The notes under the pieces are model-generated. The model searched no databases. It was not told the DNA's origin and saw only the letters and a list, made by a program, of their open reading frames with translations. Below are positions 1 to 12,763 of a stretch of DNA of 64,000 bases, piece by piece (the first letter of the stretch is position 1; every line of letters starts with the position of its first letter). A program made the translations under genes and the position numbers. The stretch comes from Psammoneis japonica. Taxonomy: Eukaryota. The stretch lies in contig QPGO01000097.1 of assembly GCA_008632985.1 (NCBI GenBank), positions 1 to 64,000 on the forward strand, in the 5' to 3' direction.

Positions 1-204
1 GCCCCCTGGCGCCGGCCCCACAACCCACAACAGCACTGAGCACTACTTGTACAACTACCGTACCGGGTACCGGTACTAGGGCCCTACGGATACAGCATTC
101 CTAAAGAAGTACCCTCTCTACCTAGAGTTGAGAGTGCGTGGGCGTTGTTGTTGGTGGTGAATGCACGGAGAAGCATGGTGAACGCATTGAGCAGAAGGCA
201 CAGG

Positions 205-1461
205 ATGAGCGCGACTCATGATGGAATCGCACCGTCTGCATCTCAAGATCAAGAAGTGAGCAGTTCGGACGCGAAGGAGAAGAAACCAAAATCTGCGCTG
301 ACTAAGGATGCTCTCATTGCACTTGCTGCGGCAGTATCTTTTTTGATTGTTGGACTGTCTGGTGGGTACTTTATCATGTCGCACAAGCATCGCAGGGTGA
401 TAGCACACGCTTTTCATCAACGCTGGGGTAACACTTCCATGGGGGCTGCTTTCGGTCGCGGGGCTCCTCGTTTTGTTACTGTGGTTATGCCGAGTGTGGT
501 GAAGCCTTCCGGAAGAACGAAACGCTTGGGTGCCATCGCTGAAACATGGGGACCTGAATCACGAGCTCTCTATGTCGTTCATAATGAAACCGAGTTCCCT
601 GGCTTGTCCAGTAATGTCATTTCACACTCCACATACCCAAAACTATTGCTCGTGCCTCCAGATATTTCTCCGGAGGAGGGGGTGCTTCGACTAATGCATG
701 TGATTCGAACAGTCTCGAAAATTGATGATCCCGACTTTGCCTTTTTTGTCAACGATCATACATTTGTCATACCGGAGCACCTTTGTTCCTACCTGGCAGG
801 GAGGGATCCGAACTTGCCCATGTATATTGGACATGCTTTGCGACAAGATCAAGATTATTTCAATTCCGGCGCAGCAGGATATATCTTATCTAGGCACTCT
901 ATGAAGAGGTTGGTAGAAATGTGGGATAAAAAGGACGAGACTTGCTTAATGAAGAATGGCGCCAGCTGGCTAAAAGGCAATCCCGGTCTCGTCACGGCCA
1001 ATTGTCTGATTCATGTTCTGAAAACCCCCGCCGTAGACTCACGACATGGAAAACTCCACAGGTTTCATGCCTACGGCTTGATACGGACTGTTGCCGGGAA
1101 AGTCGATCAGTGGTATATCAACAAGCACCAGGACATGGATAAAATAATTGGCACAGATGCTTCGTATGCGAAGCTTCTGAATGGATCAGATTGCTGTTCC
1201 CAAGACACTGTTTCGTTTCACTATGTTGAGTATGCAGAGACTCGGGCGCTGTTTTCGATTCGACAAGCGCTCTCCGTGCAGCCTAGCATGTCGGATGCAG
1301 AATTGAAGGCGTTGATTGTCCGTGAGTGGCCTTCTGATCATAAAGAGTTGGGTGGGTACTCCCGAGGTCTCCCTGATGTTGCTGACAAGAATTCGTGGGA
1401 ACCAATAATTGAAGTTGTTCGAAAAATCTCAGATAAGGCAACCGGTTCAAAGTGTTGGTGA
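205..1461 (+). CDS. GT31 family (Fringe/C1GALT1-like) type II membrane glycosyltransferase
   Basis: Intronless ORF with an N-terminal TM segment. Motifs FAFFVNDHTFV, YIGH, FNSGAAGYILSR and CCSQDTVSFHYV match core-1 beta-1,3-galactosyltransferase-like proteins. Start placed at ATG 205; ATG 175 is an alternative. Confidence 0.75.
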   Translation: MSATHDGIAPSASQDQEVSSSDAKEKKPKSALTKDALIALAAAVSFLIVGLSGGYFIMSHKHRRVIAHAFHQRWGNTSMGAAFGRGAPRFVTVVMPSVVKPSGRTKRLGAIAETWGPESRALYVVHNETEFPGLSSNVISHSTYPKLLLVPPDISPEEGVLRLMHVIRTVSKIDDPDFAFFVNDHTFVIPEHLCSYLAGRDPNLPMYIGHALRQDQDYFNSGAAGYILSRHSMKRLVEMWDKKDETCLMKNGASWLKGNPGLVTANCLIHVLKTPAVDSRHGKLHRFHAYGLIRTVAGKVDQWYINKHQDMDKIIGTDASYAKLLNGSDCCSQDTVSFHYVEYAETRALFSIRQALSVQPSMSDAELKALIVREWPSDHKELGGYSRGLPDVADKNSWEPIIEVVRKISDKATGSKCW

Positions 1462-1931
1462 GACTTGAAAGTGTTTTCATGGTTCTTTATCGAACGGCAA
1501 GGCTACACATCTCGAGAGAGAAAAGTGGAGCCGAGGTGCTCGTTTCCGTGCCATGCGGCTAGTGCCTACAGTATTAGGCTCCTGTTAGGTCTCTTTGCAA
1601 ACCAATAAACCCACTCCTGCACTTGTCCTGCAGCTGCCTCCTATCGAATAAAGTAGGTACTTCTACCATACTTACTCTGTCTAAGCTAGAGCTTCGCCAG
1701 CTAGCGAGAGAGTAGAGTTAACTCTCTAGCTAGAGACTACTACCGTAAGCCTTTGGCTTTTCCATTTTTTCTCAAGTGTTAAGTTTAGTGGTCTGCGGTT
1801 TTTGGTTGCGGCAGAGCGAGGTGACTTTGCAAGGTCCCCGACGGACGAAGGCTAGACGGAATCGAGGTGATACCGGGCGGGCGGGCGATACGGTAGCACC
1901 ACAGGCTCAGACGCACAGCATCAGTGTGGCC

Positions 1932-3363
1932 ATGGCGAAACTCGGCACTGGTGACAGTAATCTCGCAGATGAGACATCCACACAACCTCTTTTGGTTGCA
2001 AGAAGTGAAGACATTGTAGGCTACGATAATTTTCCGCAAGGCTGTTCTTTTTCGCCTGATGGGCTATGTGTTTTGACTAGTACGTCGTCGGATCATGTGC
2101 TCCGATTGTATAACACTCCGTCAATCAGGGGAAATAATAATGCGACGGAAGAAACCGCACATTCGACATCTTCAGAACAAAATATTAGTCCGTGGAGAAG
2201 CGCGTTATGTGTAAGAGGTGGAGATTGTGTCAGATCTTACGCGTGGTATCCAAAAATGAACTCCATGAATCCAGAAACGTGCTGTTTTGCAGCTACCAGC
2301 AGGTAAGTGGTGCAAGGTCTCCAGAGAAACGGAAATGACCGCGTATTGATGAAATTTTATTTTCCTTTCAGAGATCAACCGATTCATCTTGTAGATGCTT
2401 ACACTTCAACAATCCGTGCGTCGTATCGTCCTTACAATGCATTGGATGAAATGGAATCGCCTTCAGTTGTGAACTTCACTCCGGATGGCCAGCGAATTTT
2501 TTCGTCCGGATTTAGTAGTGATCGAACAATCCACGTTTTCGACACAAATACACCTGGGAGAGATAGCATGACGCTTCGTCTCGGTAAGACGAGACGATCT
2601 AAGGATGGACAGAAAGGTTTGGTTTCAGCACTCGCCTTTTCGCCAAGTTACAGTGGGAACAACCCCGTTTTTGCAATAGGGACATATGCACCAGGATCAA
2701 TCTATATCTATGATGCTCGAATGCCTTCCAGCTGCCATCCAGCTGCGACCATTCTAAACGGTGTTTGTGTCGTAGGTCATGGAAGTAGCCACTGTCGGAA
2801 AAAGAGACGATTCGCATCACTGACAGAAAATGACTGTGGAGATGAAGGATTTTCGTTCTCTGCAGCTAAAGTCCGTTGGTTTCAAACCCGAGCACGTGGT
2901 GGCGTTACGCAAGTGTCCTTTTCTCCTTCCGATGAGTATTATCTTTACAGCTCTAGTCGCAGGGGGGATTCGGTGCTATCTTGGGATGTACGGATGGTTT
3001 CTGGGTCGGAAGAGCATAGGTCATTTCCGATTCGTGGTTGGAAAGCTTTTGCGACAGATAGTAATACAAATCAGCGTCTGGAGTTTGACTTTGATGAAAG
3101 TGGTAGTCGTCTCTTTGTAGGTGGGAGGGACGGCAGACTAAGAATTTTCAGTATTAAAAGCGGGGAGATGACTGGATGCGATTGATGGAATGAAGGATTC
3201 GGTAAATGGTGTGTCGTACTCATACAATTCACAGCTTGGTTGCGGTCTGCTAGCTGTTGCGGTGGGATCAAGGCGCTTTTCTCTCGATGATATTGATTTT
3301 GAGTCTGTGGCGAATGAGAATATAGTTCCAGGATTCATAGAAGTTTATAAGGTGCCCAGGTAA
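1932..3363 (+). CDS. WRAP53: WD40 protein, telomerase Cajal body protein 1 (WRAP53/TCAB1)-like; intron 2303-2371; apparent frameshift near 3180
   Basis: Motifs FSPDGLCVLT, YAWYP, CCFAATSR|DQPIHLVDA, RASYRPYN and TNQRLEFD. After a 1-nt shift the frame continues DSVNGVS...LLAVAVGSRRF to TAA 3361-3363. Confidence 0.8.
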
Positions 3364-3739
3364 GGTAATAGTTGTCGAAAGGCGGAAGGGTAGTGGTACA
3401 CAACATTTGTCCATACACTCTAGCCAAGTTTTCATGACAGATTTATAAGCTAGCCCTATGATAGAGTACTGTATGCACGAACGTGATCGATTACCTTTTT
3501 TACATTGAAAACTGCAAAACACACATTTTGCATGCCGCGCAATGGCGGGCGCGCGAAAGATCCAAGATCACGGGAACGCACGTCGCACCATGGCACAATC
3601 TGCCGGTACGGTACCGTTCGTGGTGTGCAGATAGACTACGTCCTACCGGTACCATAGGCTGAGGTTGCTGAGTCGCAAACACTTGACACTGGATTTGAAA
3701 CGGCACAGTCCTGTCTCGAACAAAGAAAGACGATCGACG

Positions 3740-4009
3740 ATGGCCCCAAAGCGCAAGCACACGAACCGTCGGGAGTCGTCGTCGCGAAGAAGTTCCGCGG
3801 GCGCAGCAAAGAGCAGCGAAGCCGGAGCTGATTCATTCGTTTCAATGGATGATATGGATAATTTCATATCTGATGTAGCTTATCCAAAGCTTCGGTATAG
3901 CTTGGAAAGAACAAAGCCGTTACTGTACAACGAAGCGGTCGAGAATGTCAGATCAATGTTCGTGCACAGTCCGAGCTTTGGAAGCGACAGGCGAAGGAAA
4001 TGGATCTAG
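3740..4009 (+). CDS. Hypothetical protein with basic N-terminus (MAPKRKH...); gene may continue past 4009 via an intron or frameshift
   Basis: ATG downstream of a TpA/CpG-rich promoter-like spacer, with normal coding composition; no recognisable domain. Confidence 0.35.
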   Translation: MAPKRKHTNRRESSSRRSSAGAAKSSEAGADSFVSMDDMDNFISDVAYPKLRYSLERTKPLLYNEAVENVRSMFVHSPSFGSDRRRKWI

Positions 4010-4499
4010 TTATTGCAACCCTGGAGGGTAAAGAAAAGGGGACAGAACTCAGCGCAAATTATAGTGAGCATACGGAGAGTGAAGCACTGTTAGCATCCCG
4101 CCGAGAGAATGGCAAGCGGACACTTGTTTTTGCGGAAGACGCGCTGATGATTTAGATGAATGGGTCGCGCAACCACAAAAGCCTTGAAGAAGCGTTTCAG
4201 AGTTATTGATGCATGGCGCTACGAGCGGCCGGAAGAAGCCCCCAACTTAGATGAAAATGAAATGATGCGCAGTAGCGGTTCAGGGTAAGGCTGTAATGTT
4301 GCGTTCAATTGACAGTTCGTCATGCCGCTTACTGAAACCATGTTGCGAATGCACTATCACTTAACTCGCCGCCAGCGACGAATCATCTGTAGAGAAATCG
4401 GATCTGGATTCAAGTGAAATGGGTTTGAAATCGCTGCCCTAGGCCCCTAGTGGCTCACACACTAGTGGCTCACGTACGGTTTTCGGGCTAGAGGCATTG

Positions 4500-7210
4500 G
4501 CAGGCCAAGACAGGCACGAAATTTGCCAAAATTCAGCTGGAGGAAGCTGGCGGAGTTTTTTATGGAGTTGGATGTATACGCTAGTCTCATCACCAGGTGC
4601 CGAAGTAGCTTTCTGCAGATGTTCTTGTTTGGTGCAGTTTTGGATGCGGTAATTCTGTGTGTAGCGCACGTGCTGTCATGTTCAGAGTGTCTCATTGCAC
4701 GAAGCCCCATGCCTCAAATTTCGTCATAAGAATGAATCAAAAGATGGGGCACAAATGCCATCAACAAGTGAGCACTTTCTGAGAAGAAAGCCGTGGGTGT
4801 CTATGCAGAGGAAGAGGGCACTCTGAAAAACTCGACACCCAGCATGCTGTGACACACAGATTGCAGATGTGAACTTTCGAATCTAACTCTCTATAGTTCC
4901 TCTCTAAGCACACTAGCAGAAGTTTCATTGTTCTGTACAAGTCAACCTGTCTTGTGTCTCTACACTGTGCTGGAAAGGCAATGTTGTACGTCACTTCTCT
5001 CAGTCAAAGCAGGCAAATGACAAAGGACTGCACAATGCACGAGAAAGCAAGTCTTGTGGTGCATGACATGGGGCTCAGCAACTTTTGAATCAAGCTGGAG
5101 CTGTTGTGGCAGAGCTGGCTGCTGCAAGTTGAAAGAAAGTCCCAATCATGTTTTGCACCAGCCAGCACTCTCAGAAGCTCCTGCTTTGATGACTGCTTGT
5201 TCTGAGCTGCCTCTGCACCACAAAACACACAGACCAGCACACCTGGTGTGCTGGAGCGGGGAGTTGCCACACTGCAGGTTGTTCAGCAGGTGATGTGTTT
5301 TGCACACACAAGATTGGAAAGACAATGAGCTGCAAGTGTGCCAAGCTGGCAAGCATGACATCCTTTTTTTGTGCGTGCACATGTTGCTCTTGTGCCAAAA
5401 GTGCCAAGCACTCAAAAAGGATGAGCCCCATGCACACCCACTTGACTCTCAACAGCTTCTTTTCAACACTGGTGTCACAGAGGCTGGATCTGTGAACACC
5501 CCATGGCTGGCCAATGTTGGTGATGTCACTGCTGTCCCTTTGGAGTTGCCTGGCATGCAGTGGCTGTTTGAGGCTGCACTGCCACATGCAGCCCCAAAAG
5601 TGCACTCACAGCTGTGCCCTCTGTGTTGTGCTTGCCAGCCCAGAACCACCCTGGTGTGGCCCACTCAAGCCTGCATTTTTCAATCACTGCACTGCATCAT
5701 CATGAACCATCAATGGAGAATTGCAAACAGATTTTGCAGATGGAATTCCATTGATTCTGAATGTTTTTGTCAAGTTTTGCATCATGGCACTGGTTGTTGC
5801 TTCACTGATTTAAAGTGGAGAGTTAAAGAGCCCAGTCAGCAAACAAAGAGGAAGCAGCAAGAGAAGGCACGGAAAGAGCTGCAGGGGTGGGAGCAAAGAA
5901 GGGGTGCACAAGACAGCATGTGGGGTGTTTTAAAGAAGGGACCAGAGATGCATCAGTGCAAAGTTTGGACAGGAATTGGAGAGCATGGGCTGAAAGGTGA
6001 TGAACAATGTTTTGTGGCCAAGAGTTTGGGTGGCCCTCTGAGATGGGGCAGAGGAGAGGCAGGAGGAGCCAAAATGGTGAGCAGCAATTTGGTGCCAGCC
6101 AAAGTCAGCAGAGGACAAGAGCACAGCAGATGGCAAAGCAAGAGTGTGACAGAAGGTGATGCAGGAGCAATGAGAGCCTTGGACAGCAGCAAAATTGGAC
6201 CAGAGAGGCTTTGGCTGGGAGCAAAGAGCAGAGGGGAGGAAGAGCCAAAGAGAAAGTGGTGAAAGAAAAAACCAATGCCACCAAGGTGATCAATGGCAAA
6301 AGGAAGGAAGACTTTTCCATCATCATTGAGAGACTGAGTGGCTGGGGAGCCATCAGAAGAGGAGCCAGCATGTCAAAGAAACTTTGACCTCATGCTCATG
6401 TGGTGTGCTTCAGGCAGAAGAGCTGATGAGGAAGGAGCGGGTGGACTGGGAGGAGGGCAAGGGGGAGCTTTGGGGATGGTTGCATCAACAGCAGAATGCA
6501 ATGGTGTTGGGAGGGAGTGATGACAGAGGTGGGAGGAGGGGCAGCAATGCTGACATCAGCCTGGTAAAAGAGGGGGTGGTTTGGGAGGAGAGAGGACCCA
6601 AGGTTTGGGCGACAAAAAAAAAGACTGTGTTTCAGATGGCATTGGACAGCCCAGATTTGTGACTGCATTTGCAGGTGAAGGCATGTTCACTGCTGTTGGC
6701 ATCTGGGGCAGTGTGGCCACAGGAGCACAGAGAGTGCTGACAAGAGATTGAGGCACAGCACAGGAAGGCAAAGCTTGCATTGGGTGGCAATGGCACATTT
6801 GTCGAAGGAAAGGAAAGTGGCGTCAGAGCAGCAGGAAAAAGAGCAAAGCAACAGACTGGCAAGAGGAGAGAGAAGGGAGGGTGGGGTGACTTGGATGTCC
6901 AGGAGAGCATTGGCAAGGGTTTGATTGACAATCCTCTGTTGACAAGCACGGCAGAGCTGACGCTGAAGTCCAGGGAGCACAGCCCAAGGGATTTGACAAG
7001 ATCAGGGAGAGAGAGGGCAGAGAAGAGTTGGAGAAAGCCAGAGAGTCAGAGACAAGGATTGGAGAGCAGCAGTGGAAGAGGGTGCACAGGCAGAGGCTGG
7101 AGTCAGGATCATTTGAATCCTGGGGGGGGGGGGGGGGGGGGGGGCGAGGAGACCCAGATGGGAGGTGAGTGCCGTGCGCGGCAAAGCGGAAAAAGGAGCG
7201 GAGACGGGGC
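4500..7210. mobile_element. Degenerate repeat/transposon remnant of unidentified family, TpA- and CpG-depleted island
   Basis: Composition switches abruptly to CA/TG-rich and nearly TA-free between two normal genes, as in the TE block at 23.5-62 kb. Poly-G at ~7122-7144. No domain recognised. Confidence 0.6.
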
Positions 7211-7656
7211 ATGAGAAAGGAAGGGATGGCAGCAGCAGTGGGTTCTTGAAGATCAAAGCCACCAAGGGAGGCAGGGAGGAAGGCAAGGGCAAGGGATCAT
7301 TGGTGGGGTTGAGATGAGAGAGGGCGTCTCGAAGCGAGTCGGCTTTGGCAGGAGGAAGGGCAGAGAGGCGGCTCGCTCGTGCGTGCCCAACAGCCAGAAC
7401 GAGGACCACGCGCAAGCGAACTCACGCACGTCGTCGACGACGACTCCTCTGACTTCAAGTGCGTGGTCCCTCATCATGATCCCTTTAAAAATTTATATGT
7501 TCCCGAATACATTTCGATGATCAGTGGTCCTCGAAAAGGCAAACAAGCGACAACACGTCAGTCTCGTCATCGCACCCACTGTCGCACGACACTCGAATGT
7601 CAGGCCAGGATCAAGAACATAATTCAAAGTCAACAAGGCACGAAAGAACAGAGACC

Positions 7657-8790
7657 ATGGCCGAGATATCAGTTCCGCTCAACGATGAGAGAGATGCAGA
7701 GAACCCCAAGATCCTGCAAAAGTCGGGCTCCCTAGGATCAGATAAAGATCTAGATCTTCATCATGACGGAGAAGAAGAGACGCTCGAGTATCGCATTCGC
7801 GTGAAAGACAACAGCGGGAAGAAAATCTCGCTCTGGCATGACATTAGTCTGACCCATATTGATCCGGAGACAAACAAACCAACGCCTCATTTAAATTTCG
7901 TCTGCGAAATTCCCAAGTTCACAAGGTGCGTCGGGATACCTTGTCATGTTTGGTCATTTTGTCAGTTCCGTTCACTAACTGATGTTTGTTGTCTTGCAGA
8001 AAGAAGTACGAAATTGCTACAGATGAAGATGGAACCCCGATCAAGCAAGATGAAAAAAAGGGGAAACTGCGCGAATTCAAGAAAGGTGACATTTTTTTCA
8101 ACTACGGCTGCTTTCCACAGACTTGGGAAGACCCAACATTCATCCATCCGGATGCTGATGGGTGTCGGGGCGACAATGACCCTCTCGACGTTTGCGAAAT
8201 TGGAGCCCGGATCATCAAACCTGGTGTAAGTGTTTCGGACGTTGTTCGCAAAATTCGAGAGTTGCGGAAGTCTTGTTAGTTCTCACTTTCTTTCTTTCTG
8301 TGTGTTACTTCCTTGGTCTCTGCCACAGGCTGTCCGCGCGGTGAAGGTGCTAGGCATTTTGTGCATGATTGATGAAGGCGAATGCGACTGGAAGGTAGTC
8401 GTTATTGATGCCGAAGACAAGTGGGCGCCATTCATCAACGACATTCAGGACGTCGAGGATCAGCTCCCAGGTATGCTGGATGCTATTCGTGAGTGGTACC
8501 GCACCTACAAGATTCCTGATGGAAAACCTCCCAACGTATTCGGACTGGAGGAGCGTTTTATGGACAAAGCATATGCGGATGCGGTAATTGAGGAGTGCCA
8601 TCATGCATGGGAGGAACTCATTACCGGAGAGAAAGAACGCCAATTGCGCGAACAAGATGATGATGTGAAGGGTCTCGTGCGAAAGCTTTCGAAGAATAGT
8701 CTTTTCGAACTTGCCCCGAACTTCGACGAGCACCCCGAGGCTCACTTGGAAGATTACAAAGACGACGATGAAGGCGCCCTATCGTTTTAG
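7657..8790 (+). CDS. PPA: Soluble inorganic pyrophosphatase (family I); introns 7926-7999 and 8226-8328
   Basis: Motifs [66 protein letters not shown] and YKIPDGKP; canonical GT-AG introns restore the frame. Confidence 0.93.
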
Positions 8791-8986
8791 ATAGAAGCAT
8801 GATTTGTTATCCTATGCTTCAGCAGAGAATAAGTACACGTACGTCTACAATAGTTCAATTTATAAAATCAAGCAAAATGGAAGCGCGTACAGAAAAGAAT
8901 CGTATGTAACGAACTATTTCTATTTCCTCACCCCTGTAGGGCACTTTGGCGAGCACGGCTACCAGACAAAGTCTCCGGAGTAGCAC

Positions 8987-10169
8987 CTAGTTCTTCTTCC
9001 CTGAACTGAGAAAGCCCTTCTTCATGCCTCCACTGTTGAATGCCTTTTTGCTCGCCTTCTCTCTTTCCTCCGCCTTGATGAGTTCTTCTGCTGCCTTTTC
9101 TGCAGCCAACTCCTTGGCTTTCGCATCGTCAACCTTTTGCTGCGCTGCCGATTTCTTTTTGGCCTCCGTTTTCTGCTTCTGCGCTTGTTCACTGGCAGCC
9201 TTAGCTTCCATCTCGTGCCTCTGTTTGAGCATATTGTGGTATTGCATTGCTTGCCTCCAAATCACATTACTCCAACCAGGTTCAATCTCGTCTGCTTCCT
9301 CCCGTACCTCGTCAACCTCTGCTGATACCAAAGCTTCGGCGGCCTGATAGGAGCGCCACTGTTTGACCGAGCACATGGACTGCGAATAAAGCTTGTTCAT
9401 TCCCGCAGATTCCTTTTGAATATGCGTAACAATTGGGATGTCCGCAATGCATCTTTTCATTAGCGCCTGAGCCATAACTCGATGATGAGGACTTGGCTGT
9501 CCACCAGGTTGGGCGGCAGGACCCTTATAGTATGAATGTATCGAGTAGAGGGAAAGCAATGAGAAACATCAACGTCAAAAAAGAAACAGTTTGAATCATC
9601 GTCGGAAGCACTTACCTTGCCCGGTTCCCATCCAGCTGCTTCACACTACGAGATACACGTTGTAGAACAAGCAAGATGCTTCGTAAGCCTTGATAGCGGA
9701 GAGTCAAGTTCAATTTTCGCACAAGCCACAACTAACCTACCTTTGCTTTCACAGTGTAATACTCGTCCACCGCGTCAGGAAGTTTGATGTTGAACTGCAT
9801 GTCACAGACGAAGAGGCGACTCAGTGAGTAAAAACTATCTAGAACAAAAACACACGAGCCACTTGCCGACCCAGCTTAACAGAGCGCAAAATGACCTAGA
9901 ACGCAACTGACCTTTTCTCCGTCCAATTCGTCAAAGAAAATATCTCCGCTGGACTTTTTACGACGGTAGTACATGAGGAAATATACGGCCGCCAGAAGCA
10001 ACACGATCAACCCTAAGTAAATAGCTGGGTCCGTTCCCGCTGGGCCTGCTTCGCCCTCGGCATCGAAAGCATCCCCGTCAGTGTCATTGAATGTCTCGTC
10101 CTCTCCTGGTGGTGTGTCGAAGTTTGTACTTCCGTCAGGGTTCACCGTCGCTTCTTCTGTTTCGCCCAT
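8987..10169 (-). CDS. Sec66/Sec71-like preprotein translocase subunit (multi-exon)
   Basis: N-terminal TM (IYLGLIVLLLAAVYFLMYY). C-terminal ALMKRCIADI...LYSQSMCS...AEVDEVREEADEIEPGW resembles the Sec66 domain. Several introns lie between ~9530 and 9910. Confidence 0.65.
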
Positions 10170-10729
10170 TTTCTCTGAATTATTTGCAACTTTTCAACTC
10201 GCCTCTTTACAGGGAATGCAGTACTCGTAGCAGCGACACAATCGAAACGTCGCAACGAAAACACCGTCCTCACAACAACCCCGACACCAACTCTCCTCGC
10301 TCCGCGTTCCGCTCCGTGTGGCTCATCGTCAAGTCGCGAAGACGCGCAAGACCGCGACGCGTGGCACCACGAGTACTGTACGTCGTACGTCAATCACGCA
10401 CCGACGTACAGGCGTGTGACGTACGCGCGTTGCGTGCGTTGCCTTCGTACAAATTGTACATACGGCTGCTCGTACTGATTCAGGACCATTCGAATGTAAA
10501 AACCCGGATTTAGACGGAGTGATTACGGCTTCAATCAAAAAGCGCGGTAAATCTAACCACATCTTGTTGTCACCCTTGGACCGAGTCAGCATACAACAGC
10601 TTTCAAGCTACTTCTATCATTCATCCCGTCATCGTCGGCTTGCTTTCCTTCCCATTGAGAGCAGTGTCTTCATTTAATAACAGAAATTGCTTTTAAATTT
10701 GTGTTGGAGATTTTGGAAATTGAGAAAAA

Positions 10730-12326
10730 ATGAAGCTATCCGTTGCGAGCGTGATTTTAGTTTCGTTGGCCAGCGCCGCTGCTTTTGCTCCTGCTGGGCG
10801 TAGTCCATTTGTTGCGCGCAACAACGTGGAAACAACTCAGCTATCGGCAGTAGATCCGTCGTTCTTTCACGACATGCCCCTACACGTTGACACGTTGCGG
10901 GAGGCCTTCTCGTCGATCAGTCTGGCTGATGTTGACACCGACGCCATCACGTCTTCTGTGGATGGTGCTGTAAGTGCGGCTTCAGACGCGGTCAGTACCA
11001 CCGGAGCTGCTGATGCTGTGGCAGATGCTAGTGCTTCTACAGGTAATGGCTGGTTTGGCTTTCTTACTGGACCTATCGAGGGTCTGTTGGGACTTATCCA
11101 TAGCGCCTTGGTTGGGCTCGGAATGCCCGCCAACGCTTGGGGTGTGAGCATCATTGCGATGACAGTCATAATCAAGATTGCTACTTTTCCCTTGACAAAG
11201 ACACAGCTGGAGAGCACCAATAAAATGCAGGTAGGACAAAACTTTGGTATCTTTCTTACACATTTCTTTGAACGAAATGGCTTGAATATCTAACTGATTC
11301 CTCGGTGCATTCAATCACAGGCCTTGCAACCCACTATTAAAGACATTCAATCCAGGTACCAAAGCAATCCCGACGTCATGAATCAGAAGATAGCTGAGGT
11401 TTATCAAGCTAATGAGGTCAATCCATTGGCTGGATGTTTTCCAAGTTTGGTTCAGATTCCAGTTTTCATTGGCCTCTATCGCGCAGTCTTGGCTCTTGCC
11501 AAGGAAAACAAGCTGGACGAACCCTTTCTCTGGTTGCCAAACCTCGAAGGCCCCACCTACGGCGCAGATCCAACTCATGGATCTGATTGGATCTTGAAGG
11601 GATGGTACGTATGCCGATTCGTGCACTGATTGCTCGATAGGAATCCATCCTCATACTTCCGTTTTGTATCTTTTTGCGGACGACACAGGGTCGATGGAGC
11701 TCCATCCTTGGGGTGGCCTGATACTATTGCGTTTTTGACTCTCCCCGTATTTTTGGTCGTTTCGCAGTTTGTTTCCATGGAGCTAATGCAGACTAAAGAA
11801 CAGCAACAGCAGGGGAACTTTGTTCTCAAGTTACTGCCTCTCATGATTGGTTGGTTCTCGCTGAATGTCCCAGCGGCACTTGGAATCTATTGGGTCGCGA
11901 ACAATATCATCACTACGTCGACTACTCTTCTAGTCCGGAGTCAAATGCAGATGGATCCAGTCACTCCCACTTCTGGTGGTGCGACTGGTGCAACGGCGGC
12001 CCAGCCAGCCATCTTTACCCCTCCTCGTGAAAAACCGTCGGGTTTTGGAGGAGCTGAGTCCGCGGAAGGCGTGAAGCCAATTACTCCTGTTGTAGATGCC
12101 GAAGTTATGTCTGTGTCGAAAGAGGTTGTCGACAATGAAGCTCCTGTTGACGACGTTGCTACAGAGGGTACAGGGATGGAGGCACCCAAACCGAAAAAGG
12201 TAAGATTTGAATTGCTTTAGTCTGGCTGTGTGATGTGCTTTTGGATTGATCAAGATGCTTACTCGCATTGTGGTTGTTTTTAACTTGTAGAACCGAAGTA
12301 AGAAGAAGAAGAAGCGCAGGAACTAG
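10730..12326 (+). CDS. ALB3: ALB3/YidC/Oxa1 thylakoid membrane insertase, plastid-targeted; introns ~11231-11320, ~11605-11688, 12200-12290
   Basis: Signal peptide plus ASAAAF-AP motif. Motifs WGVSIIAMT, NPLAGCFPSLVQIPVFIGLYRA, FLWLPNLEGP and GWFSLNVPAALGIYW. Confidence 0.92.
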
Positions 12327-12763
12327 AGAATGCAACGGATTTTTCTCAAGTCTCGCTCTAGGTTAGTGCAACGGATGCGGACAAGTCTCACCACACTTTA
12401 TTGCAGCGACTTCAGCTCCTCATAGATAAAATTTACTTTAATGAAGAGTCGCATGGTTCACAAATACAATACATATGAATCAGTTTAAACAAAACTTAAA
12501 ATCTATTTTTAAGGTGCTATTACACTCCCGCCCTGCAACTCCGGCAACAAGGTTAGAGAGTGCGGTCGGTAGTGACATACACCGGTACATTTAGCCTTAC
12601 CGTTATCAGGTACCGACTAATCGAGTTAATCGTGCGTCGACACGGGAAACATCGCATCAAACAGTGTTCATGAATTATTGAAGATCGCAACGAGCCTGCA
12701 CAAAGATGATGTTGAAGGTTCGCGGTTGCAACGTTGAATTAGTTGTCAAGTAGTTCTCACCAC

